NCBI GenBank assembly: GCA_020048915.1
Contig: JAIFLU010000230.1
Location: forward strand, 12,697-76,696
Length of the DNA: 64,000 bases
Reading direction: 5' to 3'
Origin: Bacteroidota bacterium
GTDB lineage: Bacteria > Bacteroidota > Bacteroidia > Bacteroidales > JAAUTT01
The position numbers were made by a program, and so were the translations under genes. Each line of letters opens with the position of its first letter. Within the stretch, counting starts at the first letter, position 1. This document shows positions 10,418-21,000 of this stretch, in pieces. Under the pieces are notes generated by a model. The model did not search any database, was not told where the DNA came from, and worked only from the letters and a program-made list of their open reading frames with translations.

Positions 10418-12322
10418 ATGAAGAGAGTTCTATTTTTTATATCGTTTTTATTAATTACCTATTTAGTATTTTCGCAAAAAGCGGGGTTTAGTGACACCTA
10501 CAAAAATTTGCAGCACCAGCTTGCTACCGGTTGGAATACCTGGAACACAGAAAGTGTACTTTCGCACGTTTTAATGCCCGAAGCTATTGCTGTTACAATA
10601 TGCCTAAACAATACAAACAATGGACATTCATACCTAAAAGAGGCATTTCAAACTGTAAATCAGGGACGTCCTGAAAAAATTACTCCGGGCTGGCATGCTG
10701 CAGATGGTAGTTACACCGAACTTACTGTGGAGTGGAATAATAATACCTTTAAAATTCAAACTGCTGCAAAAGGAAATCAATGGGTAGCCCTTGTTACTAC
10801 CATGAAGGTAACTGAATTTGCTCCTAACCTCATAATTGAGTCGGGAATTTTATGGAATAGGGCTGGAAATTTTTCGCTAACCGGAAACCAGATTTTGGTT
10901 GAAACTGGTGAGAAAACAATTATGATTGGAACACCCAATAAACTTACCACTGATTTTATTCCCTCAAATTCTCCCTATCTCGCGGTACCTCTCTCAGGTG
11001 AAATCGGGATCTATGCCGGAAGTCCCATGAGTATGGAAGATATCGAGAGTTTTATCCAAACCAACCGGAATAAAATGGAACTGGCTGCGATGAACTATGA
11101 AGGGCTTTCGGAAGTTTACCGCACCATGTCGTCGATATTAGGATGGAATACAATATATGATCCTCAAAACAATAGGGTTATCAGTCCGGTTAGCCGATCA
11201 TGGAATTCGCATTGGGGAGGGTGGGTTCTTTTCGATTGGGATACCTACTTTGCCAGTTATATGTTTTCGCTCTTTGATAAAAATTTGGCCTATGCCAATG
11301 CTGTAGAAATGACAAAATCAATCACACCGGGCGGGTTTATACCAAATTTTGCAAGTTCTTACGGAAAAGTATCGGTTGACAGAAGCCAGCCTCCGGTTGG
11401 CAGTTTTGTGATTCGTGAACTGTATAAGCATTATGGTGAGAAGTGGTTATTGGAAGAAACCTATACCGAATTGCTGACATGGAACAGGTGGTGGCCAAAG
11501 AATCGCGATAACGAAGGCTTTTTATGCTGGGGTTCAAATCCTGTTAAAGATAAACCCTATCCATGGCAGGAAAATAACTGGCAGGCAGCTGCATACGAAT
11601 CGGGTCTTGATAATTCGCCTATGTACGACAATGTTCCTTTTAATAAAAACACACATGTAATGGAATTGGCGGATGTTGGTTTGATGTCACTTTACATTTG
11701 GGATTGTCGCAACCTTGCTGATATAGCAGAAACTCTTGGAAAGAAAGATGATGTTAAAGAACTTAAATCGCGTGCTGAATATTATAATAAAAATCTTAAA
11801 ACCCTTTGGGATGAGCAAAAAGGAATTTTCCTGAATAAGCGGACAGATAACGGAACATTTAGCGAGCGCTTGTCGCCCACTAATTTTTACCCGCTACTAT
11901 CGCAAACAGCTACACAATCACAAGCTGAGAGAATGATGAAAGACCACTATTTTAATCCTGCTGAGTTTTCGAGCGAATGGGTAATGCCCAGCATTGCACG
12001 TAACGACCCAGCATTTACCGATCAAAATTATTGGCGCGGCCGTATTTGGGCTCCCATGAATTTTTTGGTATATGTGGGAATGCTAAATTATAACATTCCC
12101 GAAGCCCGAAAGGATTTGGTAAAAAAGTCTTACAATTTGTTGATGCGTAACTGGTTCGAAAAAGGAAGCGTAAACGAAAATTACAACGCGATTACAGGGT
12201 ATGCCGATGATGTCCCCAATAGCGATCCATATTACCATTGGGGAGCATTGCTTGGGTTTATGTCATTCATTGATGATCGCTACATCCCTCAACCTGTAAC
12301 TGGCTCCAGCATTAAAAAATAA
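10418..12322 (+). CDS. GH63/MGH1-like (trehalase-fold) glycoside hydrolase
   Basis: The track ORF starts at TTG 10391. ATG 10418 gives the signal peptide MKRVLFFISFLL. C-terminal six-hairpin glycosidase signatures YWRGRIWAPMNF and DPYYHWG. Confidence 0.65.
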   Translation: MKRVLFFISFLLITYLVFSQKAGFSDTYKNLQHQLATGWNTWNTESVLSHVLMPEAIAVTICLNNTNNGHSYLKEAFQTVNQGRPEKITPGWHAADGSYTELTVEWNNNTFKIQTAAKGNQWVALVTTMKVTEFAPNLIIESGILWNRAGNFSLTGNQILVETGEKTIMIGTPNKLTTDFIPSNSPYLAVPLSGEIGIYAGSPMSMEDIESFIQTNRNKMELAAMNYEGLSEVYRTMSSILGWNTIYDPQNNRVISPVSRSWNSHWGGWVLFDWDTYFASYMFSLFDKNLAYANAVEMTKSITPGGFIPNFASSYGKVSVDRSQPPVGSFVIRELYKHYGEKWLLEETYTELLTWNRWWPKNRDNEGFLCWGSNPVKDKPYPWQENNWQAAAYESGLDNSPMYDNVPFNKNTHVMELADVGLMSLYIWDCRNLADIAETLGKKDDVKELKSRAEYYNKNLKTLWDEQKGIFLNKRTDNGTFSERLSPTNFYPLLSQTATQSQAERMMKDHYFNPAEFSSEWVMPSIARNDPAFTDQNYWRGRIWAPMNFLVYVGMLNYNIPEARKDLVKKSYNLLMRNWFEKGSVNENYNAITGYADDVPNSDPYYHWGALLGFMSFIDDRYIPQPVTGSSIKK

Positions 12323-12355
12323 CTATTAACACATTATTCACTTATAGCTAAATCT

Positions 12356-14950
12356 ATGAGAAAACTAACAATTATCTTATTAATGGCTGCATCTGTAATT
12401 TCGTGCAGTAGATTGACAACCTTAAAACCAATTGATAAAATTGAAATTTCTTCGGGTTGGCAATTCAAACAAGCCGATTCGGGCGAATGGCTAGCTGCAA
12501 ATGTTCCCGGAACGGTGCATACCGATTTATTGGCTAATAAAAAAATCGAAGATCCCTTTTATCGAACCAACGAGCGTAATCAGCAATGGATCGATAAAAA
12601 AGATTGGATATACCAAACTACTTTGAAAATCGATAGTACCTTAATTCAGAAGGAAAACATCGAACTAAGCTTTAAAGGGCTGGATACTTATGCGGATGTT
12701 TATGTAAACGATTCACTTATTTTGAAAGCCGATAATATGTTTCGGGAATGGACAGCCAATTGCAAAAAAATTCTGAGAATTGGCGATAATATCGTAAAAG
12801 TTTATTTCCATTCTCCCATTGCTCTTGGTTTAAAAGAGCTTGAAAAATTTGGCTATGCCCTACCGGCTACAAACGATCAGAGTGAAAATGGGGGGTTGGC
12901 CGATAAAAAAGTAAGTATTTTTACCCGCAAAGCTGGTTATCATTATGGATGGGACTGGGGCCCACGATTTGTAACTTCTGGAATTTGGCGCCCGGTATAT
13001 TTGCAGGCCTGGAATAATGCTAAAATCAATAATGTGCAAATTATTCAGAAAACCATTACTCCTGAAAAAGCAACTGTAAAAGCGGTTTTCGAAATCCAGT
13101 CCTCTGCAACCGGAAGCGCTCACATTCAATTGTCGTGTAAAAACGACCCAACCATAACCGCAAGCAGTAAAGTAAAATTGAATCCTGGCCTTTGTAAATC
13201 CGAAGTTGAATTCACCATTAATAATCCTAAACTATGGTGGACCAATGGTCTTGGCGAATCATTTTTGTATAACCTGGTAGCAGATCTGAAAATTGACAAT
13301 ATCACCATCGACCAAACATCTGCAAATATTGGACTGCGTACAGTGAAAATTATCCAACAGCCCGATTCGCTCGGCGAAAGCTTTTATGTGGAGTTAAACG
13401 GCAAAGCAATATATATGAAAGGGGCAAATTATATTCCTAACGATAACTTTTTGCCTCGTGTTACTCCGCAGGAATATGAAAAAGTTGTGAAGTCGGCGTA
13501 CGATACAAAAATGAACATGCTTCGTGTATGGGGTGGAGGAATTTACGAAAACGATGTGTTTTACGATTTATGCGACAAATACGGGATTTTAATATGGCAG
13601 GATTTTATGTTTGCATGCAGCATGTACCCTAATAATGATGCGTTATTTGAGAACATAAAAGAAGAAGCTATTGATAATGTAAAGCGGTTGCGTAATCATC
13701 CTTCTGTTGGAATTTGGTGTGGTAATAACGAAATTGATGTTGCCTGGCAGGAATTTAACGAAAAGGGAGGCTGGGGTTGGAAACAGCAATATACTACCGA
13801 TCAGCGCAAAGCTATTTGGAAAGCTTACGACACAATTTTCCATAAAATACTTCCTGAAGTGGTGAAAAAATACGATACAAACCGTTTTTACTGGCCGTCA
13901 TCGCCTATGGCTGGATGGTTTAAGCATTCCGATTTTGCTGCACATTCAGGAGATATCCATTATTGGGATGTTTGGTGGGGTCAAAAACCTTTTGAAGAAT
14001 ACGAAACCCACATTGGCCGGTTTATGAGCGAATATGGATTTCAATCGTTTCCCGAATTTAACACGGTTAAATCGTATACTATCCCAGCTGATTATGACAT
14101 TTTTTCGGATGTGATGAAAGCGCACCAACGTTCTTCTATTGGAAATGGTACCATAAAAAACTACATGCAGCGGGATTATAAAGTTCCAACCGATTTCCGT
14201 AAATTTTTGTATGTTGGACAAGTTTTACAGGCCGAAGGAATTAAGTTTGCCATGGAAGCCCATCGTAGGGCAAAACCATATTGTATGGGTACTTTATTCT
14301 GGCAGATAAACGATTGCTGGCCAGTTGCATCCTGGAGCAGTACCGATTATTACCGCCGCTGGAAAGCACAACAATATTATGCAAAAAAGGCTTTTTCGGA
14401 TGTATTGGTATCACCCGATCTCGATAGCACCAAACTGAGTATCTACATTGTGAGTGATTTGCAGACATCGATTAACACTAATTTAACTATGAAAGTGATT
14501 GATTTTTCAGGTAAAATACTCTTCGAAAAATCTGTACCAGTGGAATTAAAAGCGAACTCAAGCATTGAGTTTTTCAAAGATGACCTTGCAAACTTAGTCC
14601 CTGTTTCCGCGCAAAAAAACAGCTTATTATTTGCTGAAGTAAAAGAAGGGGATAAGGTCTTATCTACCAATATCCTTTATTTCCTTCCTCCTAAAGAGTT
14701 GAATCTTCCAAAATCGGTTGTTAAGAAATCGCTGAAAGAAGAAAAAGGCGAGATTATCCTCGAATTAAGTGCTGATAAGTTAGTGAAAAACCTCTACCTG
14801 AGTTTGGAAGAAGGCGATGGTTTCTTCAGCGATAATTACTTCGATATCCTTCCCGGTCAGATCATCACCATTCATTTTACACCCTCCTCTTCTATGGATC
14901 TTAAAACCTTTGAGAAAAATCTGAAGCTGATGAAGCTGGATGAAATATAA
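12356..14950 (+). CDS. GH2 beta-mannosidase
   Basis: 864 aa with a lipoprotein-like signal (AASVISC). Beta-mannosidase signatures WWTNGLG, WQDFMFAC, CGNNE and FMSEYGFQSFP. Confidence 0.85.
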   Translation: MRKLTIILLMAASVISCSRLTTLKPIDKIEISSGWQFKQADSGEWLAANVPGTVHTDLLANKKIEDPFYRTNERNQQWIDKKDWIYQTTLKIDSTLIQKENIELSFKGLDTYADVYVNDSLILKADNMFREWTANCKKILRIGDNIVKVYFHSPIALGLKELEKFGYALPATNDQSENGGLADKKVSIFTRKAGYHYGWDWGPRFVTSGIWRPVYLQAWNNAKINNVQIIQKTITPEKATVKAVFEIQSSATGSAHIQLSCKNDPTITASSKVKLNPGLCKSEVEFTINNPKLWWTNGLGESFLYNLVADLKIDNITIDQTSANIGLRTVKIIQQPDSLGESFYVELNGKAIYMKGANYIPNDNFLPRVTPQEYEKVVKSAYDTKMNMLRVWGGGIYENDVFYDLCDKYGILIWQDFMFACSMYPNNDALFENIKEEAIDNVKRLRNHPSVGIWCGNNEIDVAWQEFNEKGGWGWKQQYTTDQRKAIWKAYDTIFHKILPEVVKKYDTNRFYWPSSPMAGWFKHSDFAAHSGDIHYWDVWWGQKPFEEYETHIGRFMSEYGFQSFPEFNTVKSYTIPADYDIFSDVMKAHQRSSIGNGTIKNYMQRDYKVPTDFRKFLYVGQVLQAEGIKFAMEAHRRAKPYCMGTLFWQINDCWPVASWSSTDYYRRWKAQQYYAKKAFSDVLVSPDLDSTKLSIYIVSDLQTSINTNLTMKVIDFSGKILFEKSVPVELKANSSIEFFKDDLANLVPVSAQKNSLLFAEVKEGDKVLSTNILYFLPPKELNLPKSVVKKSLKEEKGEIILELSADKLVKNLYLSLEEGDGFFSDNYFDILPGQIITIHFTPSSSMDLKTFEKNLKLMKLDEI

Positions 14951-14974
14951 TTTATAGGCTAACACTGATATTAT

Positions 14975-15008
14975 AAAAAGACGACTTGTTAAACCGGGTC
15001 GTCTTTTT
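14975..15008. terminator. bidirectional intrinsic terminator between convergent beta-mannosidase and ada genes
   Basis: AAAAAGACGAC - 12-nt loop - GTCGTCTTTTT. Perfect 8-bp GC-containing stem flanked by an A-run and a T-run. Confidence 0.6.
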
Positions 15009-15060
15009 GTTAAAATAGTTGATAATGCTATTCTTTATTAAACGATTTACCAAGTGATAT

Positions 15061-16170
15061 TCAATCGCAAATATTAGAATTCTGTTTTTCCAGATCCAAC
15101 AACCATTTCTTTCTCCACAACCCTCCCCCATAGCCGGTAAGATTGCCGTCATGACCAATTACGCGGTGACAAGGAATAAGGATGGAGATTTTATTCATGC
15201 CGTTCGCATTAGCCACCGCACGAACTGCTTCAGGCATGTTCAACGCAGTTGCCTGCTCCTTGTACGAGCGGGTTGTACCATAAGGAATATTTTGCAATTC
15301 TTTCCAAACCGATTGCTGAAACTTTGTACCAGGGGTAAACAAAGGAATGGTAAATTCCTGCCTATTCCCTTCAAAATATTCATTAAGCTGGTTTTTCAAA
15401 GGCTCAAAATGTGGATTATCTCCTTGGATGATATTAGCATTTAAGCTTTTTGCCAATATTTTAAATTCTGTTTCGAGCATTTTCCGGTCGGAAAATTCCA
15501 GAAGACAGATTCCTTGTTCAACTGCACCGGCAAACATGGTTCCCAAAGGCGTTTCGAGCCGCATAATGTTTAATAGTTGAATGTTTTTGCTATTGGAAGG
15601 GGAAACGCCGAAAATGGATTTAAAAGAACCGTTAAACCCGCTTAAGGACTCATACCCGGAGTCGAAAGCAACTGAAGTAACAGTTTCCCCATTTTGTATC
15701 TTTTTAAAGGCCGAGTTTATCCTAAACATGCGCTGGTACGAATGAAATGTAATTCCATGATTTTTTAAAAACCACCGACGTATTTTATTTGGTTCAATGT
15801 TTCGTTGCACTAAATCCCAATCTTTAAATTTTAAAGAAGGATCTGCGTTAAGTTCATATAAAATTTTCTTAATGTAATCGGGCGTTTCGTCTAATTTCTC
15901 TAACGGATTGCACACTTTACAAGGTCGGTAGCCATTGAGTATGGCATCTTTGACCGTTTTAAAAAACTCCACATTTTCAACTTTGGGTTTTCGGGCAGTG
16001 CATGTTGGCCGACAGAAAATTCCAGTTGTTTTTACCGCAGCAATAAATATTCCTTCGTAAGATGCATCTTTATCCACAAGAGCTTTATACATCATGGCGT
16101 TTGTAAGCATATCGTTTTTTATTGCAAGAATAAATTTTTCTGCCAGTTTCTGCAACCGAAAAAATGACAT
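15061..16170 (-). CDS. ada: bifunctional Ada: AraC-type regulator / methylated-DNA--protein-cysteine methyltransferase
   Basis: 369 aa. N-terminal Ada zinc site FCRPTCTARKPK, central AraC-type HTH, C-terminal MGMT active site IPCHRVIG. Confidence 0.85.
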   Translation of the reverse strand: MSFFRLQKLAEKFILAIKNDMLTNAMMYKALVDKDASYEGIFIAAVKTTGIFCRPTCTARKPKVENVEFFKTVKDAILNGYRPCKVCNPLEKLDETPDYIKKILYELNADPSLKFKDWDLVQRNIEPNKIRRWFLKNHGITFHSYQRMFRINSAFKKIQNGETVTSVAFDSGYESLSGFNGSFKSIFGVSPSNSKNIQLLNIMRLETPLGTMFAGAVEQGICLLEFSDRKMLETEFKILAKSLNANIIQGDNPHFEPLKNQLNEYFEGNRQEFTIPLFTPGTKFQQSVWKELQNIPYGTTRSYKEQATALNMPEAVRAVANANGMNKISILIPCHRVIGHDGNLTGYGGGLWRKKWLLDLEKQNSNICD

Positions 16171-16298
16171 GTATTTTTCAATTTCTGAATTCCTGAAGGG
16201 TTATCTCGCAGTTTTCAAGTATTACTGTTTACCCAACATATATTTGCTTTTGATGGGGTTACCAAACTGTATCGCTTAGCTTCCCTTAAAAATTCATG

Positions 16299-16751
16299 CT
16301 ATTTTTTTTCGGGCAGCACGGCTATCACTTCCACCTCAACCACCAGTCCGGGATCATACAGCCTCTTTACCTCCACCCAAGTGGCTGCAGGAAAATCATT
16401 TTTATAATAATTGCGCCGAATATCCTTGTATTTTATAACCGAATCAAGAGCAGTAGCATAAAGGTTTTCTTTAACAACATTGGCAAAAGAAGCATTATAG
16501 TTTTTTAGCGATTTGTCTATTTCATCATAGGCAAGTTTTAAGGCGTCCTCCATTTTTCCCCAACCAACGGAACCCGAAACATAAATGGTATTTCCCACTT
16601 TTACTGCCTGGGTATATCCAATATCATCTTCCCCTGTTTTATCGATATTGAATTTCTCCTTTTTCAGAACAGCAGGATTGTTTTGTCCGCTTACATTAAC
16701 GAAATAAGCGCAAGAAATAAGAAGAATAGTTACCAAAGTTTTTGTTTTCAT
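16299..16751 (-). CDS. RidA/YjgF family protein with signal peptide
   Basis: 150 aa. Signal-like N-terminus (LLISCAYFVNVSG), then GNTIYVSGSVG and C-terminal PAATWVEVKRL...VEVEVIAV. Confidence 0.75.
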   Translation of the reverse strand: MKTKTLVTILLISCAYFVNVSGQNNPAVLKKEKFNIDKTGEDDIGYTQAVKVGNTIYVSGSVGWGKMEDALKLAYDEIDKSLKNYNASFANVVKENLYATALDSVIKYKDIRRNYYKNDFPAATWVEVKRLYDPGLVVEVEVIAVLPEKK

Positions 16752-16873
16752 AGTAAATCAGTTTGTTAATTACAGGATAAAATATAGAGGGATGATTCCT
16801 TTTCTAAATCTAACCCTATACCGCTCTCCTGGTCTGATTTCATTATGTTTAGTTACTATTAAAAATAGCCTGA

Positions 16874-17209
16874 TCAGATTGTCAATATTTTCTCCCCCGA
16901 TTGGATATAATCTGTCAATGCTTTGCCCATGTAACGAACATTAATTCCAAGTTTGAGCAGCTCCGGGGTTACACCCAAATTATCGCTGCATGCCTTGCAG
17001 GCTTCAATAGAAACCCCATGATGGAGCATTTCGATAATTTCCGATTGCACCTGGGGATCAGTTGCTACCAGTTTGGCCGAGGCTCCCCAAATAATAATAT
17101 TTACCTCAGACCACCATTCCTTTGTTTTGGAGTTAATAGCATACATGGCCAGCATATTAAAAAAGGTATCTTTATTATCCGATGTCCAAAGAATATTTAA
17201 CTTGTCCAT
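16874..17209 (-). CDS. DsrE/DsrF-like family protein
   Basis: 111 aa. The size and the pattern (ILWTSDNKD..., IIIWGASAKL, EACKAC) resemble DsrE-family proteins. Assignment is from memory only. Confidence 0.5.
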   Translation of the reverse strand: MDKLNILWTSDNKDTFFNMLAMYAINSKTKEWWSEVNIIIWGASAKLVATDPQVQSEIIEMLHHGVSIEACKACSDNLGVTPELLKLGINVRYMGKALTDYIQSGEKILTI

Positions 17210-17224
17210 GTCCTTTAATCGTTA

Positions 17225-17614
17225 TTAGTTTTCAATTGAAACGGTATTTCCTTTTGCCCGTAAAGCCTCTGTGCTGCTATATAAATCTTCGTGTTTCACT
17301 AAAATATAATCGGTATCGTAGGTAGAAATTGTAAAAATAGAAACTCCGCGTTCTCTCAGAATTGCAGCTATATAAGCAATAATACCCACCAACGAAAAGT
17401 CTAATATTCCGGTAATTTTTAGAATCCTCCAATCTCTGCTAACCGAAACATCTTCGGTAGCAATATCAGTTTGGGTAGCAACTACCGATTGCTCATCCAG
17501 GGTTTTGGTGATAGAGTAAAAATCGCTCCGATAAATCCAATCTGGCAATACGGCATCCTTTGCAAATTTATAAATTGAATATTGGTTTGCCAGAACTATA
17601 AAATCAAGTTTCAC
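17225..17614 (-). CDS. ACT domain-containing protein
   Basis: 129 aa with a GTG start. Resembles ACT_7/CASTOR-type small ACT proteins (YSIYKF...FYSITKTLDEQSVV...ISTYDTDYILV). Confidence 0.5.
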   Translation of the reverse strand: MKLDFIVLANQYSIYKFAKDAVLPDWIYRSDFYSITKTLDEQSVVATQTDIATEDVSVSRDWRILKITGILDFSLVGIIAYIAAILRERGVSIFTISTYDTDYILVKHEDLYSSTEALRAKGNTVSIEN

Positions 17615-18076
17615 TTGTATATTCTTAGATTATTAAATTAGGATCGTGAATTCCTGATAGTCTGTATCGGAATCGTAAAGTCCTCTCTTTCGTTTGAGCT
17701 TCTCTGCGTAATAGTTTCATGCAAGGATGTCTTCTGAAAAGTATACTCTTTTAAGTAAAAAGCTAAACAATTTAGCTTTTCAAAATACTTCAACAAGTGC
17801 TTAACTGGGCGCATACTGAAGTTACAAAAGTGGTGCTTACTATCCGAAAATCATAGCATGAGGATTGGAACTCTTAACTCAATTGATAGTTTGTCGCAAA
17901 TAATGCCGCCAGTTTTGTAATGGATAAATAAAAACAAAAATTCTTAAACAAAAAAACTATGGATGCGTTTTTGAAAAATGCACTTTGCAATTTGAATCGA
18001 AACTATATTGAATAAAATAATTAACTTTATTTACACAATAGGTAGTATGCTTTCCCTCCTGATTCATAAACGTTAA

Positions 18077-21000
18077 ATGAAAAAAATATTTCTTTTATTC
18101 TGTTTGTTTTTTCAAATTTACCAAAGCTTTTCACAGGGGAACAGGCTGAATTTTAAACGAATTACTACCCTCAACGGACTTTCTAATAACTGGGTACGAT
18201 GTGTTTATCACGATAACAAAGGATTTATCTGGGTAGGAACATCCGATGGGCTTAACCGGTTCGACGGGACGGAGTTTAAAATTTTCCGACCACAACAATA
18301 CTCTCACCAAAGCCTGGGAGATATTGCCATTAACTTTATTACCCGGAAGGATTCTGATGAACTCTGGATTGGAACCGATATGGGACTATACACCTTCAAT
18401 ACCAAACTGGAGTTGCTGGTAGCAAATCCCCTTTTAAAAAATTTACCGGTTCTTTGTTTCATGCGCAATGGAGACTCTGAGTTCTGGTTTGGAACCGATA
18501 ATGGATTATTTAAATATAACACCCCCGACAGCAGTTTGATTACCTTTAAAAATAAAATCGGGGATAAATCGACTATCAGCAGCGACTATATAAATGTTAT
18601 TTTCAAAGATGCCAATTCAGATATTTGGATAGGTACCAAAAAAGGCCTCCATCTCTATCAGCCAAAAAGTAATTCATTTATTGTTTACAAGGCTTCCAAT
18701 AAACCGGGAGACATAAGTGGTGATGATGTTTTAGCGATTTGTATGGACAAACAAGACCAAATTTGGGTAGGCACTTCACAGAACGGAATAAACCAGCTCC
18801 TGAAACCGAAAGAAGGGAAAATATCGTTCCGTCAAATAAGCGAAGGAGCCATAGTTCGTCTCCTTGTCGATTACCAAAATAGGCTTTGGGCTGTAAAAAG
18901 TTCCGGTGGAGGCCTCGAAAGGATAGACCTGAATGCCTATTATTCTACGAATACCTTAAGAATTGAACATTATTACTCCGATCCTACCGATTCAAAAAGC
19001 CTCAGCGATAATTCGCTTTTCAGCATATACGAAGATAGGCTGAACGATATTTGGATAGGTACCTTTGGAGGTGGGTTAAACTATTTTAGCAACCGTGAAA
19101 AGAAATTTCACATAGCGCGGGAAACTATTTTAGATAAGAATTCCATTAAGAACAACCTGGTAAATGCCTTTCTGGAAGAAGAAAAATATCTATGGATAGG
19201 AACCGAAGGGGGATTGGACCGATACGATAAACAGAAAGGTACTTTTACCCATTTCAAAAATAATCCCGGCAATCATTCTTCTATAAGTGCTAATGCAATT
19301 TATTCCATCATTAAAGATTCGAAAGGGAACCTTTGGATAGGAACCTGGATGGGTGGATTAAATCAATACAACTACAAAACACAAACATTTAAACGCTATC
19401 TGCCCGACGAAAAGCCCGGGTCGTTAAAAAATGGTAACGTCTTTTCAATTCTCGAAGATAGCCGTGGAAATTTATGGATAGGCACCAGCGGAGGCGGGTT
19501 AAGTCTTTACGACTATAAAACGGGCAAATTTAAACTTTTTGTGAATGACGAAAAGAATTCTTTAAGTATTAACAGCAATTTTATCAATCAGCTCTTCGAA
19601 ACAAGCAATGGCGAACTATTCATCTCTACCTACGGAGCCATTAATACCTTTAACTATAACACACAAAATTTTGTACATTATCACTATAACAAAGACGAGC
19701 GGAATAGCGGAAGTTTTATTACAACAATATTCGAAGACAGTAAAAAACATATTTGGATTGCAGCAAATAATGGCCTGAAACTATTTGATGCAAAACAAAA
19801 TCCTGCATTTACCGAAAAACCAGTATATGTTTTACCCGATAACACCATTCAGGGTATTCTGGAAGATTCGCACGAAAATTTATGGGTCAGCACCAATAAT
19901 GGTTTGTTGAAAATAGTACAGGGGGTTAACCTGCCAAAAGATCCGACAATTCATCAATTTACCGAAATAGACGGTTTGTCGGGCACTGAATTTAAAAAAC
20001 GGGCTGCTTATAAAAGCAAAGATGGTGTTATGTTTTTTGGTACTTCCAAAGGATATACTTTTTTCCATCCCGACAGTATTTTATTCAACACAAGCAAACC
20101 GAAAATCATCTTCACCAGTTTTCAATTGCTTTTTACCCAGATAAGCGAAAACAAAAAATACCAACCTATCCTCCAGAATATTAGCGAAATTGATACACTC
20201 GAATTAGACTACCGGAACTCTAACTTTCAGATACGATTTGTTGCCTTGAATTTTTTAAACCCCGAAAAAAATCAATATCAATACAAACTTGTCGGGTATA
20301 ATGAAGATTGGATTGAAAGTGGAAACAGCAGAGTAGCCACATATACCAACATACAACCCGGCAATTATACCTTTATGGTAAAAGGTGCCAACAACGATGG
20401 GGTCTGGTGCGAAGAGCCCAAGTTATTGCATATCATTATCCATCCTCCCTGGAGGGAAACATTGGCCTTTAAAATTATTGTCGCTATAGCGGCAATTTTT
20501 CTGCTTATTCTGTTCTATCGGATCCGTTTTTCGTTCCTCGAAAAGCAAAAAAAACACCTCGAAAAAAGTGTATTGGAAAGGACGAATGAGCTAAGTGAGA
20601 TGAATTCGGTGCTCGAAGAACGGCAGGAAGAAATTTTTGTGCAAAATATAGAAATTGAAAAACACCGCAACCACCTCGAAAAAATCGTGGAAGAACGTAC
20701 CGATGAACTGGTAAAAGCAAAAATAAAGGCAGAAGAATCTGATAGGCTTAAATCTTCTTTTTTGGCCAATTTGAGCCATGAGATACGAACTCCGATGAAC
20801 GCTATTTATGGATTTTCGGGACTTCTTAACAATGATAATCTGACAAAAGAAAAACGATCCGGGTTTTTAAAAATAATTAATAGCAGTTGCGAATCGCTTC
20901 TGGTTTTAATTAACGACATTATCGATATCTCTATTATAGAAGCCCATCACCTCGACCTAAACAACGAAGTCTTTTTGGTAGATGAGGTATTGCTAAACCT

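Noticed and set aside
17628-17720. 30-codon minus-strand ORF (MKLLRREAQTKERTLRF...) in the long intergenic region upstream of the hybrid kinase.
   Set aside because: It is very short, overlaps the ACT gene promoter region and has no supporting features.
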